64,000 bases of DNA from Minisyncoccota bacterium (GTDB lineage Bacteria; Patescibacteriota; Microgenomatia; UBA1400; PJMF01): positions 65,138 to 129,137 of the forward strand of contig JABHWM010000005.1 of assembly GCA_018657765.1 (NCBI GenBank). Direction: 5' to 3'. The position numbers and the translations under genes were made by a program. Positions 63,459-64,000 of the stretch are shown piece after piece. Each line of letters opens with the position of its first letter. Positions within the stretch are counted from its first letter, which is position 1. The notes beneath the pieces were generated by a model. It searched no databases. It saw only the letters and a list, made by a program, of their open reading frames with translations, and was not told the DNA's origin.

Positions 63459-63467
63459 ATTGTAACA
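63459..63467 (-). promoter_or_regulatory. extended -10 promoter candidate (TGTTACAAT) directly upstream of uxs
   Basis: On the minus strand, TGT-TACAAT is followed by 9 nt (aaaactctt, no Shine-Dalgarno) and then the ATG at 63449. Confidence 0.3.
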
Positions 63468-63515
63468 AATCTGGGAAAAGAAACATACTGGGGGTTAAAA
63501 AATAGTCCTATAGTT

Positions 63516-63544
63516 TTGACATAAGTGATATATTTTGATATACT
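63516..63544 (+). promoter_or_regulatory. near-consensus sigma70-like promoter (TTGACA-N17-TATACT with TG extension)
   Basis: -35 TTGACA at 63516..63521, a 17-nt spacer, and -10 TATACT at 63539..63544 preceded by TGa. Direct TGATATA repeats (63527..63533, 63536..63542) overlap the spacer and -10. Confidence 0.45.
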
Positions 63545-63717
63545 ATATCAAGTATTTTAGGTAGACTAAATCAATTTTTCAATGCGAAAGATAGTGATAA
63601 AGTCAGCTCTTTTACAAAAGAACATTGCTAAATCTATTTTTTTAGAATATGAATCTATTCATTCCACCTTATGTGAAGTAAATAGAAAATATTCTAAAAA
63701 AGGAGGTGAATCATCAT

Positions 63718-64000
63718 ATGGTTTTCCATATAATATCTTATGCAGCAATAGCAGGATTAACAATTCAGTCTATGCTGGAAGTGGATAGCTCGGTCTCTGA
63801 AAGAAGCCTACCAACAGGACATAAAGTTGGAATCTGGATAACAGGCATTGCATGGACTGCAACTCTTGTTGCAGGATTTTGGTTAAGCGGGCCAGAAACG
63901 TTCGTACTTTGGATCGTTTCATCAATATTGCTTATAGCTCTAATTATTACTGCAGAGTCATTTACATATAGTAAATGGCAAACAGTATTTTTAGTTCCAA
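63718..64000 (+). CDS. membrane protein, N-terminal 94 codons (runs off the right edge)
   Basis: Not in the ORF track. AGGAGGTG at 63701..63708 lies 9 nt before the ATG at 63718. My translation reads MVFHIISYAAIAGLTIQSMLEVDSSVSERSLPTGHKVGIWITGIAWTATLVAGFWLSGPETFVLWIVSSILLIALIITAESF..., giving at least three hydrophobic helices. Confidence 0.6.
   Translation, partial: MVFHIISYAAIAGLTIQSMLEVDSSVSERSLPTGHKVGIWITGIAWTATLVAGFWLSGPETFVLWIVSSILLIALIITAESFTYSKWQTVFLVP

Noticed and set aside
63582-63788. 68-aa ORF in the leader region upstream of the last gene.
   Set aside because: It has no Shine-Dalgarno and an unremarkable sequence. It also overlaps the strongly SD-led ATG at 63718, whose product is a clean membrane protein.
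1-64000. Alternative genetic code (UGA read as an amino acid, as in some candidate phyla).
   Set aside because: Many motif-complete genes end at TGA, often in ATGA overlaps with the next start, and protein lengths match their families. Standard code 11 fits.
1-64000. CRISPR arrays, tRNA/rRNA genes, transposases, integrases or prophage blocks.
   Set aside because: I saw no regularly spaced direct repeats. All intergenic gaps are under about 270 nt and AT-rich, without cloverleaf-like GC stems. No ORF shows DDE-transposase or tyrosine/serine recombinase motifs. This was by-eye inspection only, so a covariance-model scan would be needed for certainty.

Overview
This AT-rich, gene-dense window (standard code, TGA used as stop) is almost entirely one cell-envelope glycosylation supercluster. 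All calls rest on motif reading of the supplied ORF translations and my own reading of the DNA; no database search was run.

Gene content, left to right:
- A partial rfbB and an LCP-family ligase on the minus strand.
- About 59 kb of mostly plus-strand genes, including 14 large multi-pass membrane proteins with GT-C-type glycosyltransferase hallmarks: one family of six paralogs, one of three YfhO-like paralogs, and five singletons.
- About 20 cytoplasmic GT2/GT4/GT-A glycosyltransferases.
- Two polyprenyl-phosphate sugar synthases and two Wzx-like flippases.
- A Wzm/Wzt ABC exporter whose Wzt carries a C-terminal extension.
- Five SAM-methyltransferase domains.
- A fused nucleotidyltransferase-kinase, a small HAD phosphatase and a second nucleotidyltransferase.
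- Sugar-nucleotide enzymes: a GalE-like epimerase, fcl and a UDP-xylose synthase.

Other content:
- argS and a few small orphan genes interrupt the array.
- A Cys-rich, Pro/Thr/Ser-repeat protein with an LPATG sorting signal sits antisense inside the array and is a plausible glycosylation substrate.
- Roughly 39.6-56.4 kb is visibly more AT-rich and Lys/Asn/Ile-rich than its flanks. It looks like a swappable cassette for an ABC-exported, heavily methylated glycan.
- The right end holds an HNH nuclease and a neighbour that both end in polybasic tails, plus a frameshifted HigB-like toxin with an intact XRE antitoxin.
- I saw no rRNA, tRNA, CRISPR array, transposase or integrase.

Low GC, LPXTG and LCP genes and the many PMT/ArnT-like paralogs suggest a monoderm, possibly Patescibacteria/CPR-like organism. 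That taxonomic guess is inference only.
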